From assembly GCA_038087875.1 (NCBI GenBank), contig CM075990.1, positions 6,202,001-6,266,000 of the forward strand: a stretch of 64,000 nucleotides of DNA, written 5' to 3'. The stretch comes from Malacoraja senta. Lineage: Eukaryota. The stretch's first letter is position 1; every line of letters begins with the position of its first letter. The notes under the pieces are model-generated. The model had not been told where the DNA came from and ran no database searches. It saw only the letters and a program-made list of their open reading frames with translations. Below are positions 36,746-49,505 of this stretch, one piece after another. The translations under genes were made by a program, and so were the position numbers.

Positions 36746-39719
36746 TACTGTGGAGCCCATGGGTCCTGCAGTCCCTTTATCTCACAGTGGCCCCGAACCA
36801 GGAATATTTTATCACAAAGTGGACATGGGTTATCGTGCTCACTTTAAAAGCACCAGGACCTGAAGATTTTACAAACCATGCGAACACATTGGATCCCTAT
36901 GAGAGCAATCATTCCAGAGATCTGTTTGCGACCTAAAATTTTGTTAAATCCGAAATGACTGACAATAGTGTGGGATAGGATCACAAACACAGCTGTGATG
37001 GGAGGGGGGGGGCAGGCAGGGGAAGCATGCCTGCCGGCGGCTTCACTGTTTCAGTACGCCAGTGAGACTGCTCAGCGTGGCCTCACTCAGCCCCAACTAT
37101 TGTGGCTCGTTCATATGTATGGGTGTCATTAAGTCTGGCATTCTTAACCCGTGAAGAGTTAATCATCTAAGGATTTTCCAGTATCATTGTCACTTTAACT
37201 TGTACATATAAGTATATCTTTGATCTTTACAGAATGTCCAGGATTGGGTTTATTGTGTTTTTTTTAAATTATTTAATCTATTTAGACATTTATACTTCCC
37301 TCACTGAGGGTTGATGACGGTTAGTGCTAGTCAAGAAGTGGACAGAGAGAACCGTATCAGAGGGTGAGGGTGGACAGAGTGCTGGGAAGGATATTTGAGT
37401 AGATGGAGGGACGTTCTGGCAGTGAGACTCCAACCAAATGTTTTCATTTTACTGTTGAACATGATCCTTTTGTGCTGCGGTTACCATTTGCTACCTTGTA
37501 CCATTAGATCATACATCTTGCCAAGCGCTTTCTGAATCGATTACATGCTTAGCTGTGCATATTTCCTGTCACCTGTCCTTCCTGAAGCCTCTACTCTGAG
37601 TGCCTTCAGCTATACAGCCACATTGGCTAGAGGGTTGATCGATCATCTGCTTCACTTGGCCAGTTTTGTTCATGTATTAAAAAAAAGATCCTTAATTACA
37701 AATTGCTAACAATCATCTTAATATTGCTCTGTATTTGTAAAATAATGCAGAGATTATTTTTTTGTTGCTCTGCTATTTTTAAAATAACACTTGCAAATTT
37801 CCTAAAAATCTACAGATCTGTCTTTAATATTTTGTGTTCCTGAGTGTTACTTTTGGTTCTTTTTTTTAAACATTTTCTAACATGATGTATGACTGCAGCA
37901 CAAGCTATGAGCCATTTAGGTATAGATATGATGAAGTAAATAATTGAATACGTTAAATCCTACATAATATCCACGGTTAAAATGTAGCCTGAAATAAAAT
38001 TTTCGATTGAGGTGTATATTAAGTGGACTCCGATATTATGGGTACTTAAAACAAGCAACTTTTGTTGAAAACCTCATTTATCTTTGTAAAGATCAATCCT
38101 TAATGAAAACTTCCAAAGAGAGTTAAAATACTGGTGAGGTTTATTGACGGTCTGTCATGGGATCTGACATCCACGTTAGTAACACACAGCCTTTTCTATT
38201 GAGCTGTCATATGCATGTTACCATATTGGTCCAAGTGGCAGCAAAATGCCAGCAGATATTTAAAAGAACATTATTTTTCATTTATATGTTCATTAGTTGG
38301 CATTTATCCTTTGAAAGCATGAATGATGCCCTTGGTTAAGATTCAATGAAAGCCTCAGTATAACACTCAAGTGTGTTAAATTTAATTGATTTTGACTGAT
38401 TTTATTGTTCCACTGTACCGTGGCAATCCTGTGTCTGTACGAGATGATATCCTGACTAATCATCAACATGCTCTCTTCGTATTACTTTTTCAGCGGTGTG
38501 TGTTATTTCTGTCAATGTGTTAAGGGACTTGTCTCTCCTAAAGCAACTTATCATACATCACAGAAGTGTTCATTGATGAAGTAAATCTCTTTTCAGTACA
38601 AGGCTGTCAATTTGCATCAGAGAGGCTGCAGATCTTAAATACAACTTAATTCTTTTACCAATTTGATAGTTATGCACTTGAAAGTACCATATTTAGAGTT
38701 AGTTTAACTAAATAATTCAGGCAATATTGCAAAATAGAATGTTTTGTTGTACATAATCTATAATTTAAATTGATGTTTAATAATTGGAACTGCAGATTTT
38801 TCATTTAATTTTTACAGCTTTAGTTTTTTTAAATATATTTATATATGTATATTTATATATATATATATATCTTGTGAATGTTGTGCAATATTTGTTCCCC
38901 AAGCAGTTCAATTCAATTCCTGTTTTGTGCCTATTAATCTGCAGGTATAGTTCCAACCACTTGGTGGCAATGTTCATCTAGAGGCAATGGGAGGCAATGT
39001 TCATCTAGTCAATGCATTACATTTCTATGCAATGCTGACTACTCTCACCTGTACTTATAATGCCTTAATAGTGTTTCAGTAGGTTTGTCTTACTAATGGG
39101 ATATTGTAATGAATGTATTTTCAAAACTTATTGCATATTGAATAGTTTAAGAAAGAACTGCAGTTGCTGGAAAAACGAAGGTAAACAAAAATGCTGGAGA
39201 AACTCAGCATCAATGGAGAGAAGGAATAGACGACGTTTTGGGTCGAGACCCTTCTTCAGACAGATAGGGTAGTCTTTACCTTTTTAAGTACATCTTCATG
39301 AATATTCCAGACACCAGAGGCCATATATGCTGGATTGTTTGTAGTTTTTGTTCATTATGGATGGTCCAGTGGCGGTTCGGCAGCGATTGCGGCGCCGGAG
39401 ACCCGGGATCGATCCTGGCTGCGGATGAGGCGCAGGTTTGTGTATATGCCGCAGCACGGCTGCCGAGAGTTTTTATCGCTTGTGACCTTTGACAAAACCC
39501 ATGATTCCTTGCGTGTTTCGGAATACCGAACTCGCTTATTCCTGGCCATTATTGATTGGCACAGTACTTTGGTGTCTGGAAATTTGTGTTAAAAAGCAGC
39601 AATGAAATCTTTGGCCACTGCCTGAACGTGTTGAAATAGGCATTGGAATAGTAATGTGTTTGGGACCACAGCATGCTTGGAGATAATCCTGATTTTGGCT
39701 GTTCAAACTGCACTAGCAT

Positions 39720-40432
39720 TCTGGAATGAAATTTTTGGAATTTTTACAAAACTATTTAATATAAAACTGAATCCCAACACAGAACTGATTATCTTCGGAA
39801 CAATGGAAGACGGATGTAAGCTAACTATGTTTCAAAAATCTCTCTTTAATTATGGCTTAATAATGGCAAAAAACCATATACTTAAATTTTGGAAAAATGC
39901 ATCTACACCAACGCTTAAAATGTGGATTTCAAATATGTCGGAAATGTTACTTCTTGAAGAAATGAGATTCCTCCTAGCAGGTAAAGCAGACCAATTCTTA
40001 ATGATTTGGTCTCCCTTTATCGACTTTTTACAAGCATGTGGTGCAACACAACCGTAGAAATTAAATGTTTCAGAACCGGGGTGGGTAAAGTTATTAAATA
40101 GGTATATCTCTCTTAATCTCTCTCTTTTTATTTCCTTCCTTTTTTTTCTCTACTTCTTTTTTCTTCTTTCTTTTTTTTTTTCTCTTTACCATTTTCTACC
40201 TTTTTGTTTACCTGTTTCTTTCTTCGGGCTTTCTTTACTATTTCACGAACTAACACTTTCACCACTTTTTACGATACTCTCTTTTCCTCTATCTTTCCTA
40301 TCTTCATTTTCTGTTTTATTGTTAAATTAAAAATAAGAAGATGTACATGAACTGTAATATCTCAGTGTGTATTAGGTACTTATGTACTACAATATTGTAC
40401 TTCTAATAAAAATAAATTAAAAAAAAACAAAA
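39720..40432 (+). mobile_element. 5'-truncated L1-clade LINE (ORF2 C-terminus, pyrimidine-rich 3' UTR, poly(A))
   Basis: FW...ILKFWK...W...F..IWSPF is typical of the fish-type L1 ORF2 end. AATAAA and an A-tail. 15-bp TSD AAACTGCACTAGCAT at 39705-39719 and 40433-40447. Confidence 0.88.
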
Positions 40433-41483
40433 AAACTGCACTAGCATGATTGAACCGCATTTCTTCTTCAGCAGTCCCTTGGGATTGAGGATGACTTACT
40501 TCCACATTGGTCTGTAGGTGGCTGATAAGAGCGATGTGGGAACTAGATTCTTTCACAATTGAGTCAGGAAGTGCCTGATGGGATGGGTGGATAGATGGTT
40601 TGTTATGCCATGTATTCCATCTGCCATTTACTCAGTAATTCATCTTTCAATAGCATCCTGAATCTTCCATCATCACTTAAATCGGTCAAGGGGCAAACAA
40701 TTGTCAGGAGTCAGTGGAGATGCTGCATTTCTTCAAGAAAGCTTTAAACACATCCTTGAATATTTTCCTCTGGTTTTCTGGTAATCTCTTCTCATGACAG
40801 AGCTTGGAATGGAATTGTCTATTTCAGGAGTCTGGTGGCGTCCACACAAATTGTAGCCGATTAAGTATAAGTAGAGCCTCCATAGTAGGGATTTAACCTG
40901 AGAGTGGACACAGACCTCAGTTGGCCTGTATTTACAGTGAATTTGGACGATTTTGCAGAGACAACGTGGTGGTATCTGCCCAGTGCTGAGAGCAGCACAA
41001 TTACCATTTCCTTCACAATATACATACAGAGTCAAATCTTTGCTCTCTTTCTGTTGCACCTTAAAGTATGATTTTATTGCACTGAAAAGCAGACAATTAA
41101 GTGGGTAAGTTAAAGTGATTCATCGTGAATGATCATGGATGTGAATGCACATTTATTTATGGATACACACGGAACTGCAAGGTGTTGCAGCTAGCTTGAG
41201 CAAAACACAAAATGTTGAAGTAATTCAGCAGACCAGGCAGCATCTGTAGAGGAAATGGATTGGCAATGTTTTGGGTAAGGACACTTCTTCAGAGTCTCAA
41301 GAAGGGTCCCTGCACAGATGCTGACTGACCAGCTGAGTTATTCCAGCACTTTTCTATTTTGCATATTTATTTTTATTGGGTGATTATTGTTCATTAGTAA
41401 ACTGCTGGGTACTACAATTAATATGAGCCATAATTTGAAACCCAGTAGTAGGAAATACTGATATATAATATTTTCTTTTATAG

Positions 41484-41619
41484 CTCGATTCCTGGCAATA
41501 CAGACCCTGGACACGCCAAATCCAAACAGCTTAAAGTTTCTTGCTGGTCGTCAAATAGTCGATTCGGGAACCATTGATTTTCCAAGTGTGAATTCAGCTC
41601 ACTGCTCACCTCTAGCCAT
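41484..41619 (+). CDS. NFU1: NFU1-like coding exon 3 (Nfu N-terminal domain)
   Basis: [44 protein letters not shown], with the TPNPNSLKF motif. tag| acceptor, |GTAAGT donor. 136 nt. Confidence 0.93.
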
Positions 41620-42143
41620 GTAAGTGTAACAAGTTTCCATGTAAACAAACACATTAGGAGGAGGAAGAGGAGGAGTAACTACTCGGCCTTTGGTGCTTCC
41701 ATCACATAATAAGATCATGGCTGATTTGATGGTAACCTCAACAATGAATTCTCACATTTCCCTGATAAAATTTTATCCCATGGTTGAGTAAGAATCTACA
41801 TAATTCTGCCTCAAAAATATTCTGTTTCCAGATCACTTTGAGAAAGAAAATTCTAAAGATTCTCATTCCTGAGGAAAAAATGCCTCTTCATTGTCCAGTG
41901 AAAACCCCCCTTCTTTTATTTCTTAATTCTAGATTCTAACACAAGAAGAAATCTTTTCTCACATCCACCCAATCAAAGTCCCTGAGTGTTACACATTTCA
42001 ATTAAGTTCTCCCTCAGTTTTTCAAACTCCAGCGGAAATATATAGGAGGTCCAACCTTTTCTCATGACATCCCACCTGCCATAGCAGGTATTTAGTTTAA
42101 CTTATGGGGTTTGCAATACGTTGGTCTTGAGGGGCTATCGTAA

Positions 42144-42705
42144 AGGGTCTGTCCCACTGCGGCGACCTAATTGGCGAGTTTAGAATAGTTTAGGAGAGTT
42201 TGAAAAAGTGTCATGTTGAAGATCTCCTTCGAATATGTAGAAGACCTCCTTCGACTATGTTGAAGACTGGCTTCGACTAGCTTCGGGAAAATTGGACACT
42301 GAATAGTGGAGAGTGAAGACGACCTCCTTCGATCTCCTTCGACCTCCCTTCGACTATGTTGAAGACTATCTACGACTACCTTCGACTACCTTCGATTACC
42401 TTCGACTACCCTCGATTACCTACGAATAACATGCCGACCTACTACGACCAACTTCGACTAAACCTACGAGTAAAAATAATATCGTTTTTTTGCATGCCTA
42501 CCTTTTTTTACTTGCGGGCATTTTTCAGCATGTTGAAAAATACGCCGCGACCTAGCTGAGGCCTCGAGTACACAGGGACTACTCTCGAGCATGAAGGAGA
42601 GTTACAAAGACCTCCTAGGACCTCGTGTCGACCATGCTGCGAGTATGAGTCGAGGGCAAACTCTTCTAAGCTCGCCAATTAGGTCGCCGCAGTGGGATAG
42701 CCCCT
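42144..42705. mobile_element. PIF/Harbinger MITE #3
   Basis: TAA|AGGGTCTGTCCCACTGCGGCGACCTAATTGGCGAG...CTCGCCAATTAGGTCGCCGCAGTGGGATAGCCCCT|TAA. Internal 10-11 bp CTTCGACTAC repeats. Confidence 0.85.
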
Positions 42706-43372
42706 TAAGATGTAAGACTAGCATTGCTCAATTGCCTCTTATGCCACCTCATAATGTTACAAAGATCTTTACGGCTAATTAAATCACTGCTCCTGTTTAG
42801 AACAACAATTGTAGGTCATTGGGTTGGAAAGTATTTGAACATAGATGTTTTTTCTATATGCTAGTACTTACTCCGTATGTGGTAAAGATTATGTAACAAT
42901 GTTCACACAATTCAGGTGCCACTAAAGAAATGTAGGTTTTTGGTAATGCTTTCTCATAATCCTTCTATGTACAATTTCCTTGTGGGAAGTCCAAAACGTA
43001 GCTAAAAATGGAAACAGTTTGAAATGCATCTTTACTGTTGACATCTACACATTACGTTGCTACTTTCTATTAGTCTTGATGACCTTTGCTGCAGCCATTA
43101 TTACATTCAACCAATGACACTGACTCACAGTTACAATAGGCAGCGTTATGAACCTTTTCCGTTCTTTCAATTGCCTGTCAGCATTTCAGACGCAATGTGG
43201 GATACCAACATTGTGTTTGATAAACGGTCAGAGCTGCACCTTGTAACTGAAGAGTCAAAGTTATAATAATGTAAATGTAACAAGCAGAATTTGCAATCTT
43301 ACAAAAACGGTTTAATATTGGTAAGGAAGGGAAGCTCTTAGAGACCAGCACTCATTTGGCTCTCTTTTTCAG

Positions 43373-43439
43373 GCAGCTGTTCCAAATAGAAGGCGTTAAA
43401 AGTGTGTTTTATGGACCTGATTTCATTACAATAACCAGG
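43373..43439 (+). CDS. NFU1: NFU1-like coding exon 4
   Basis: [22 protein letters not shown]. tttttcag| acceptor, AGG|GTAAGT donor. 67 nt. Confidence 0.94.
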
Positions 43440-43529
43440 GTAAGTTTGACCTTTAACATACAGTATTTGTATTTTGCTTTGTGTAAAATATGAACATAGT
43501 GCTGGAAATTAAGTATTAAATATTTGCAG

Positions 43530-43638
43530 GAAAGCCATGTGGAGTGGAACATTCTTAAGCCTCAGGTTTCTGCAGTCCTTGATGATTTCTTTGCTAGCGG
43601 CCTGCCTTTAATGACAGGCGCACCACAACCAGATTCTG
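43530..43638 (+). CDS. NFU1: NFU1-like coding exon 5
   Basis: ESHVEWNILKPQVSAVLDDFFASGLPLMTGAPQPDS. tttgcag| acceptor, G|GTAAGG donor. Follows a 90-nt intron. Confidence 0.92.
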
Positions 43639-43756
43639 GTAAGGATTTCCCTTTGCACTTCGCGGTTGGCATTGAAATGAAACTGAATGACACATAAGCA
43701 ATTGAGATCTGTAGCAAAGCTGCTCAGATTAGTCCAGTGTTGCACTTACTCTTTTT

Positions 43757-44032
43757 TTTAGGTTAGAGATACAGCACGGAAACAGGCCCGCCGACCAGCA
43801 ATCCCCGTATATTAACACTATCCTACACATTAGGGACAATTTTACATTAATACCAAGCCAATTACCCTACAAACCTGTATGTCTATGGAGTATGGGTGGA
43901 AACCGGGGAAAACCCACACAGGTCACGAAGGGAACGTATCAACTCCGTACAGACAAGCACCCATAGTCGGGATCGAATCCGTGTCTCTGGCACTGTAGGG
44001 CAGCAACTCTGCTGCTGCGCCACCCTGCCGCC
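43757..44032 (-). mobile_element. V-SINE
   Basis: Same family as 3505-3817. Confidence 0.75.
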
Positions 44033-44857
44033 CTCTTGTCCCAAACTCTTTATTAATTCTTATATACTGTATCAGAACCAACTAAATACTATGCTGAGAT
44101 TAGAGTTCCTTTTTAAGCATGTCAGAATTTACCATGCAAGGAAAATTGTATAATTTGGCAATTTCCTGTGGGCATTCATAAAACGGCTAGTATTACATAT
44201 GGTTATTTTATCGTTTTATTCATTTCTATTTCTTTCTCTTAACTATTTTGTTCATCTCCCTAACTCATCACATGGCTCCAAATATGAGTGCTGAGTTGTA
44301 GAACTTGTTCCTCCTAATTATCATTAGCATTTCATTGGTTGAAATGAAAACACCCCTGCTGCTGGTAAGTCCTGCCACATCATCATTACAGCGGGAGGAT
44401 CCAGCAGATCACACTGCAAACTTGGCATCATCTCCAGAGTCCTTGTGGAGGCAGTAAAGATGCCAAGCTGTACAGGTGTTCAGCAGGTGGAGCCCAGTGG
44501 CAGTCCATTGATTGAGACGAGAGGAGTCCGTCCAGTCTGGAATGATTTCCACCTTATGTTCCAAGCACAGATATCAAGGCAGAGTTCTTCTCTGACTGCT
44601 GGCAGATTGTCATCCACAGGAAGAGCAGAAGGCCGGTTTGGGGCACAGAAGCTGAATATCAAACAGGTCACTGCAAAAAAACATTGAGGAACTTAAAAAT
44701 GCATTATACATATTGGAGAGCCATGAAATGTTTCCTTCACATCCCACTGCGCTGATGCGAAGCAATTCATCTGAATATCAAGAGGTACTTCATCCTCTAA
44801 GGTGTTTAGAATGTGAGGGTGAGTCAGAGGGATTTGCTCCTGATGCTGGTGAATGTG

Positions 44858-45290
44858 AAAAAACATCCTTTCCACGTCCACTCTAGCTAGGTCTTTCATT
44901 ATTTGATAGGTTTCAATGAGGACACCCCTCATCATTCTAACTCCCGCGAGTACAGCCATGAAACGCTCCTCATACTTTAACCCAATCATCCCCGGGATCA
45001 TTTTCGTAAACCACCTCTGGACCCTCTGCAATGCCAGCACATCCGTCCTCGGATATGAGGCCTAAAGCTGCTCACCACATTCCACATATGGCCTCACCAG
45101 CACTTTATAAAGCATCGGCATTATAGTTTCGCTTTTACAGTATATTGTTGTCCCCATAAAATGGACGCGAACATTGCATTTACCTCACTTACCACTGAAT
45201 TAACCTGCAAATTGACCTTTAGGGAATACTGCACCAGCAGTCCCAAGTCCCTTTGCACCTCCAAGTTCTGAATCCTCTCCCCACTTAGAA
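44858..45290 (-). mobile_element. CR1-type LINE fragment
   Basis: LQRVQRWFTKMIPGM..LKYEER...LIETYQIMK. Confidence 0.75.
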
Positions 45291-46427
45291 AGTAGCAAGT
45301 TTTAAGTTATAGAGTAGTGGGAGGGAGCGAGGGTGGGAGAAAATAAGATAGGTAAGAGACCAAGACAAACTGACACACAAGGAAGTGGTGGCAACTGAGA
45401 GAGGGTGGTGAAAGCTTTTGCATCAGAGTTGATCTCTCTGATCAAGATGTAATTAGATTACAGAGAAGTAACGAATAAATACGGAGGTTGCAGTTGCTTG
45501 AAAGACCAGCAGATCAAGGAAAGTCTGTGGAGATTTAAAAAGTCAAATTTCATTAGAACTAACCGGGCGGGATTTCTGAAATTGTTGAATTCGTTGTGAC
45601 TTAAGGGCGGTAACATGCCTGCTAGCAATATGAAATGGTGTTTATAGAGCTTGCGTTAAGCTTCATTGGAATGATGAAATTGGCCACAGGAAAGGAAATC
45701 AAGAGAAGGGTGGCGAATTGGAGTGACAGGCAACAGGTGGGTTTTGAAATTAAACAGAAGTGTTGTTTGGTGTAGGAACTGCAGATGCTGGTTAAAACAC
45801 AAAAGTGCTGGAGTAACTCAGCATGTCAGGCAGCATCTCTGAAGAACATGGATAGTTGACGTTTCGGGCCGGGACCCTTCTTCAGTCTTCACCTGTCCAT
45901 GTTCTCCAGAGATGCGGCCTGACCCGCTGAGTTATTGCAGCACAGTGTTCAAATGGGTCATCTGATATGTGTTTGGTTTCTCCAATGTAGAGGAGAATCT
46001 TTGGTGCATCATTTATTCTCTATAGTGTAGTGACGTCTCATTCAGATACTAATGGCTTTCCATTGAAAATTGTCTTTATTCTAGTTTGTAGTTTCACTTT
46101 TAAAAATCAAAGTTGCATTTATTGTCATGCACAAGTATGGTGAGGTACAGGTACAATGGAAACCTTGCTTGCAGCAGCATCACAGACACATAGACACAGA
46201 CAACCAAAACCATACATTATACATTCACCTTCATTTCAGCAAGATGGTAAAAAGAAGGAAAAAAATGTGGAAAAAAACAGGACTGCTATATTAAAAATAT
46301 GCACCATGTGATTGTTAGTTGTTACTGGAGATCATTTTATGGTTATTCTGAAATTCTTAATATGTGTGGTTGGAAGGTGGTTGTGGAATTGCACTATTTC
46401 ATGTCGTTCTCTCTTTCTCTCATCTAG

Positions 46428-46497
46428 ACCTCTCAGAGAGTGAGGAGGATGACGAAGTGGTTGCAATGATCAAGGAACTGCTGGATACAAGAATAAG
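46428..46497 (+). CDS. NFU1: NFU1-like coding exon 6
   Basis: (D)LSESEEDDEVVAMIKELLDTRI(R). Polypyrimidine tract plus ctag| acceptor, AG|GTATTT donor. Confidence 0.93.
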
Positions 46498-47378
46498 GTA
46501 TTTTGCTTACTAATCTGGTTTTAATTGAAATGTTCACCAAATATAGCTCCCACCAGATCCCTGAGAGGGATATGGTGGAACTTCTTAGCTGACTCATAAC
46601 AGATTTAGTTATATATGGAATTCTGGATATTGATCCAAAAGAATCCAAATGGATTTTTCTTCCACTTTGTCAGAAAGAGCCCATTGCATCAATGTCCAAT
46701 ATAGTCTTTAACAGAATCCTCCTTATTAATGACACTGGTGTTCAAAAATACCACAGACAAAAATACCAATACTAAGATAGACACAGAATGCTGGAGTATC
46801 TCAGCGGGACAAGCTCCATCTCTGGATAGAAGGAAAGGGTGACGTTTCGGGTTGAAACGCTTCTTCAAACTGAGAGTCAGGGGAGTGATAGACACAGAGA
46901 TAAGGAAGGGTAAACTGTGTGAAAACAAATCATTGTTAGCCAGGAGAAGGTGACAACAAAGCATACAGAGATAAAATGTAATTGGTATTGTACAACATTA
47001 AAATATGTTTGTAAAACAGTTTCCCACCCAGGAGTTCCTAAAGAAAACATTTGAGAAAAAGGGAGAAAAAATAATATTAATATTCAAGGGAGAGGGTAAG
47101 AGGCCAGGCAGAAAAAAGAAAAGAAAAAGTAGACATTACAGCATGCAGCATAGTCCTGAATATTTTTCCATTAAAAACCAAACCACTGACAGATTATAGC
47201 TCCTGTGGGTTTGATTTAATTAAGATCAAAATGTAGTCAGTAATCAACAATTGAGTGTCAGAACCTTGGGTTGTAGTTCTCTTTGATTTAGTTTTCCTGC
47301 TGTACACTCTTCAAATAATTCAATAATTGTCGCATCACATAAAACATTAAGATGCTGTATTTTGTTTCACATTTATAG

Positions 47379-47553
47379 ACCTACTGTGCAAGAAGACGGA
47401 GGAGATATCATCTTTAAAGGTTTTGAAAATGGTGTTGTGAAGCTAAAACTGTTGGGCTCTTGCACTGGCTGCCCAAGCTCAGTTATTACTTTAAAAAGTG
47501 GAATTCAAAATATGTTACAGTTTTACATCCCTGAAGTTGACGAAGTAGAACAG
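47379..47553 (+). CDS. NFU1: NFU1-like coding exon 7 (NifU C-terminal domain, CxxC)
   Basis: [58 protein letters not shown], with the Fe-S binding CTGC. tag| acceptor, CAG|GTAAAA donor. 175 nt. Confidence 0.96.
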
Positions 47554-48139
47554 GTAAAACGTGAAATAACACAGTAAGAATAGTTATATTCAAGTTGTTC
47601 TGAGTCTAAAGCATGGCTGGTACAGATAAATGTGCCAACATTGACCATATATTTTCACTTCCAGTACATTATTCAGCTTAGCCTCTAACATAACTCATCA
47701 GGTGAAGCCCTCACTCGTGCCTATTTTGCATCTAGACATGATTATTCCAATGCACTCCAACGTGTCGGTCTTTGCAAACATCAGGTCCTCCAAAATTCAC
47801 ACACATTACTCCCCTTGCTTGCAAAGTTTCCATCTTGCACTATGCATTCTCTGCATCAATCCAGCTCATGCATTCCATTCACATTTCAGTATTATTTGAT
47901 GTTTTTTTATTTAGTTTTAAAATTGGATTGGGTCAAATCTGTTCCTTTAACCTTGCTTTATGCAGCTGTATCAATATTCTTACTTTTCTATTTTTTTTAT
48001 TTTTAGCAGGTGCGCTGAGCAGCTTTGCATCTTAATTTTCTTTAATGATGATTCTCATGATTTATATTTTGCTTTAGTTATCTATTTTTCTTGTGTATGA
48101 TCCATAAGAAACCTGAAATGAACTGGTGGTTTAAGGGGG

Positions 48140-48988
48140 TACACAAAAATGCTGGAGAAACTCAGCGGGTGCAGCAGCATCTATGGAGCGAAGGAAATAG
48201 GTAACGTTTCGGGCCGAAACCCTTCTTCAGACTGATAGGGGGTGGGGAGAAGAAAGGAAAAAAGGAAAAAGGCGGAGGAGGAGCCCGAGGGCTGGGGGAG
48301 GGGAGGAGACAACCAGATGGCTGATGAAGGGGAGGGGACAGCAAGGGCTAGCAGAATTGGGAGAATTCAATGTTCAGGCCACCAGGATGTAGACTGCCCA
48401 AGCGGAATATGAGGTGCATTTCCTACAATTTACGGTGTTGCTCGCTGTGGCCATGGAGGAGACCCAGGACAGAGAGGTCAGATACGGAATGGGAGGGGGA
48501 GTTGAAGTGCTGAGCCACCGGGAGTTCAGGTTGGTTATTGCGGACCGACCGGAGGTGTTCGGCGAAACGATCGCCAAGCCTCCGCTTGGTCTCACCGATG
48601 TAGATCAGCTGGCATCTAGAGCAGCGAATGCAATAGATGAGTTTGGAGGAGATGCAGGTGAACCTCTGTCGCACCTGGAACGACTGCTTGGGTCCTTGAA
48701 TGGAGTGGAGGGGGGAGGTGAAGGGACAAGTGTTGCATCTCTTGCAGTTGCAAGGGAAAGTACCAGGGGAGGGGGTGGTATGGGAGGGAAGGGAAGAATT
48801 GACAAGGGAGTTAAGGAGGGAGCGGTCTTTGCGGAAGGCAGACATGGGGGGAGATGGGAAGATGTGGCGAGTGGTGGGGTCACGTTGGAGGTGGCGAAAC
48901 TGACGGAGGATCACTTGTTGTATGTGACGGCTGGTGGGGTGAAAGGTGAGGACTAGGGGGACTCTGCCTTTGTTGTGAGTGGGGGGAT
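48140..48988 (-). mobile_element. Penelope-like element 3' fragment: GIY-YIG endonuclease plus hammerhead-containing terminal repeat
   Basis: ORF 48914-48423 has CxxC and IYCIRCSRCQLIYIGETKRRLGDRFAEH (GIY-YIG). Hammerhead core at 48230-48203. Flanking GTTTAAGGGGG duplication at 48129 and 48989. Confidence 0.9.
48203..48230 (-). ncRNA. Minimal hammerhead ribozyme core (Penelope-type)
   Basis: CUGAAGA-A-GGGU(UUCG)GCCC-GAAAC-GUU: conserved CUGANGA and GAAA boxes around a 4-bp stem II, with a palindromic AACGUU stem III. Activity not demonstrated. Confidence 0.6.
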
Positions 48989-49433
48989 GTTTAAGGGGGG
49001 TTTAAGGGGGCCCAGTTATGGAAAATACTGAAAAATATATTCTGCTCAATCATGTTAACAATCTCTAGTTGCTTTTATGTCTCATACCTTGTATTATTTC
49101 TATTAGTATAGTTTTGTCAGAGGGATATTGTAAAGATATTGCCAGGTTTCTAGTATTGTTTCTTGCATGATATACCGCTTCAAGTCCTCTCTTCCCAACT
49201 TGCAAATTTCATGCTATTCAAAGCCTAGTTTATTTTACAGAAAGTTAATTTTGAATCATATTCAGATTTTGGGACAGTTGCTAAAAATAATTTGATGATT
49301 GAAGGGTTATGCAACATATTTTATTAAATTTTGCATTTATGAACATGGTGTACATTAGGTAGGTGTTTATTTGGAATGGTTTAAGAAATCCATGGATTAT
49401 TTTGAGTTCTCATTTGATTATTTTTCATTGCAG

Positions 49434-49505
49434 GTCCAAGATGAAGTCGATGACGTAAACATTAAAGCCTTTGAAGAATTAGAGAAGAAATTAAAAGATT
49501 CGTAA
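49434..49505 (+). CDS. NFU1: NFU1-like terminal coding exon 8
   Basis: tttttcattgcag| acceptor. VQDEVDDVNIKAFEELEKKLKDS then TAA. Total CDS 810 nt, 269 aa. Candidate AATAAA near 50355 and 53294. Confidence 0.85.
   Translation, partial: VQDEVDDVNIKAFEELEKKLKDS

Noticed and set aside
38494..38583. Alternative NFU1 exon 2 candidate after ttacttttttcag
   Set aside because: Runs into a stop and has no phase-1 donor. 33572-33681 fits better.
42230..42470. Periodic CTTCGACTA repeats that look CRISPR-like
   Set aside because: Units are 10-11 bp with no unique spacers or cas genes, and they sit inside a TIR/TSD-bounded MITE in a vertebrate intron.
47362..47577. 71-aa ORF as a small NifU gene
   Set aside because: It is NFU1 exon 7 plus intronic flanks with a non-ATG start.
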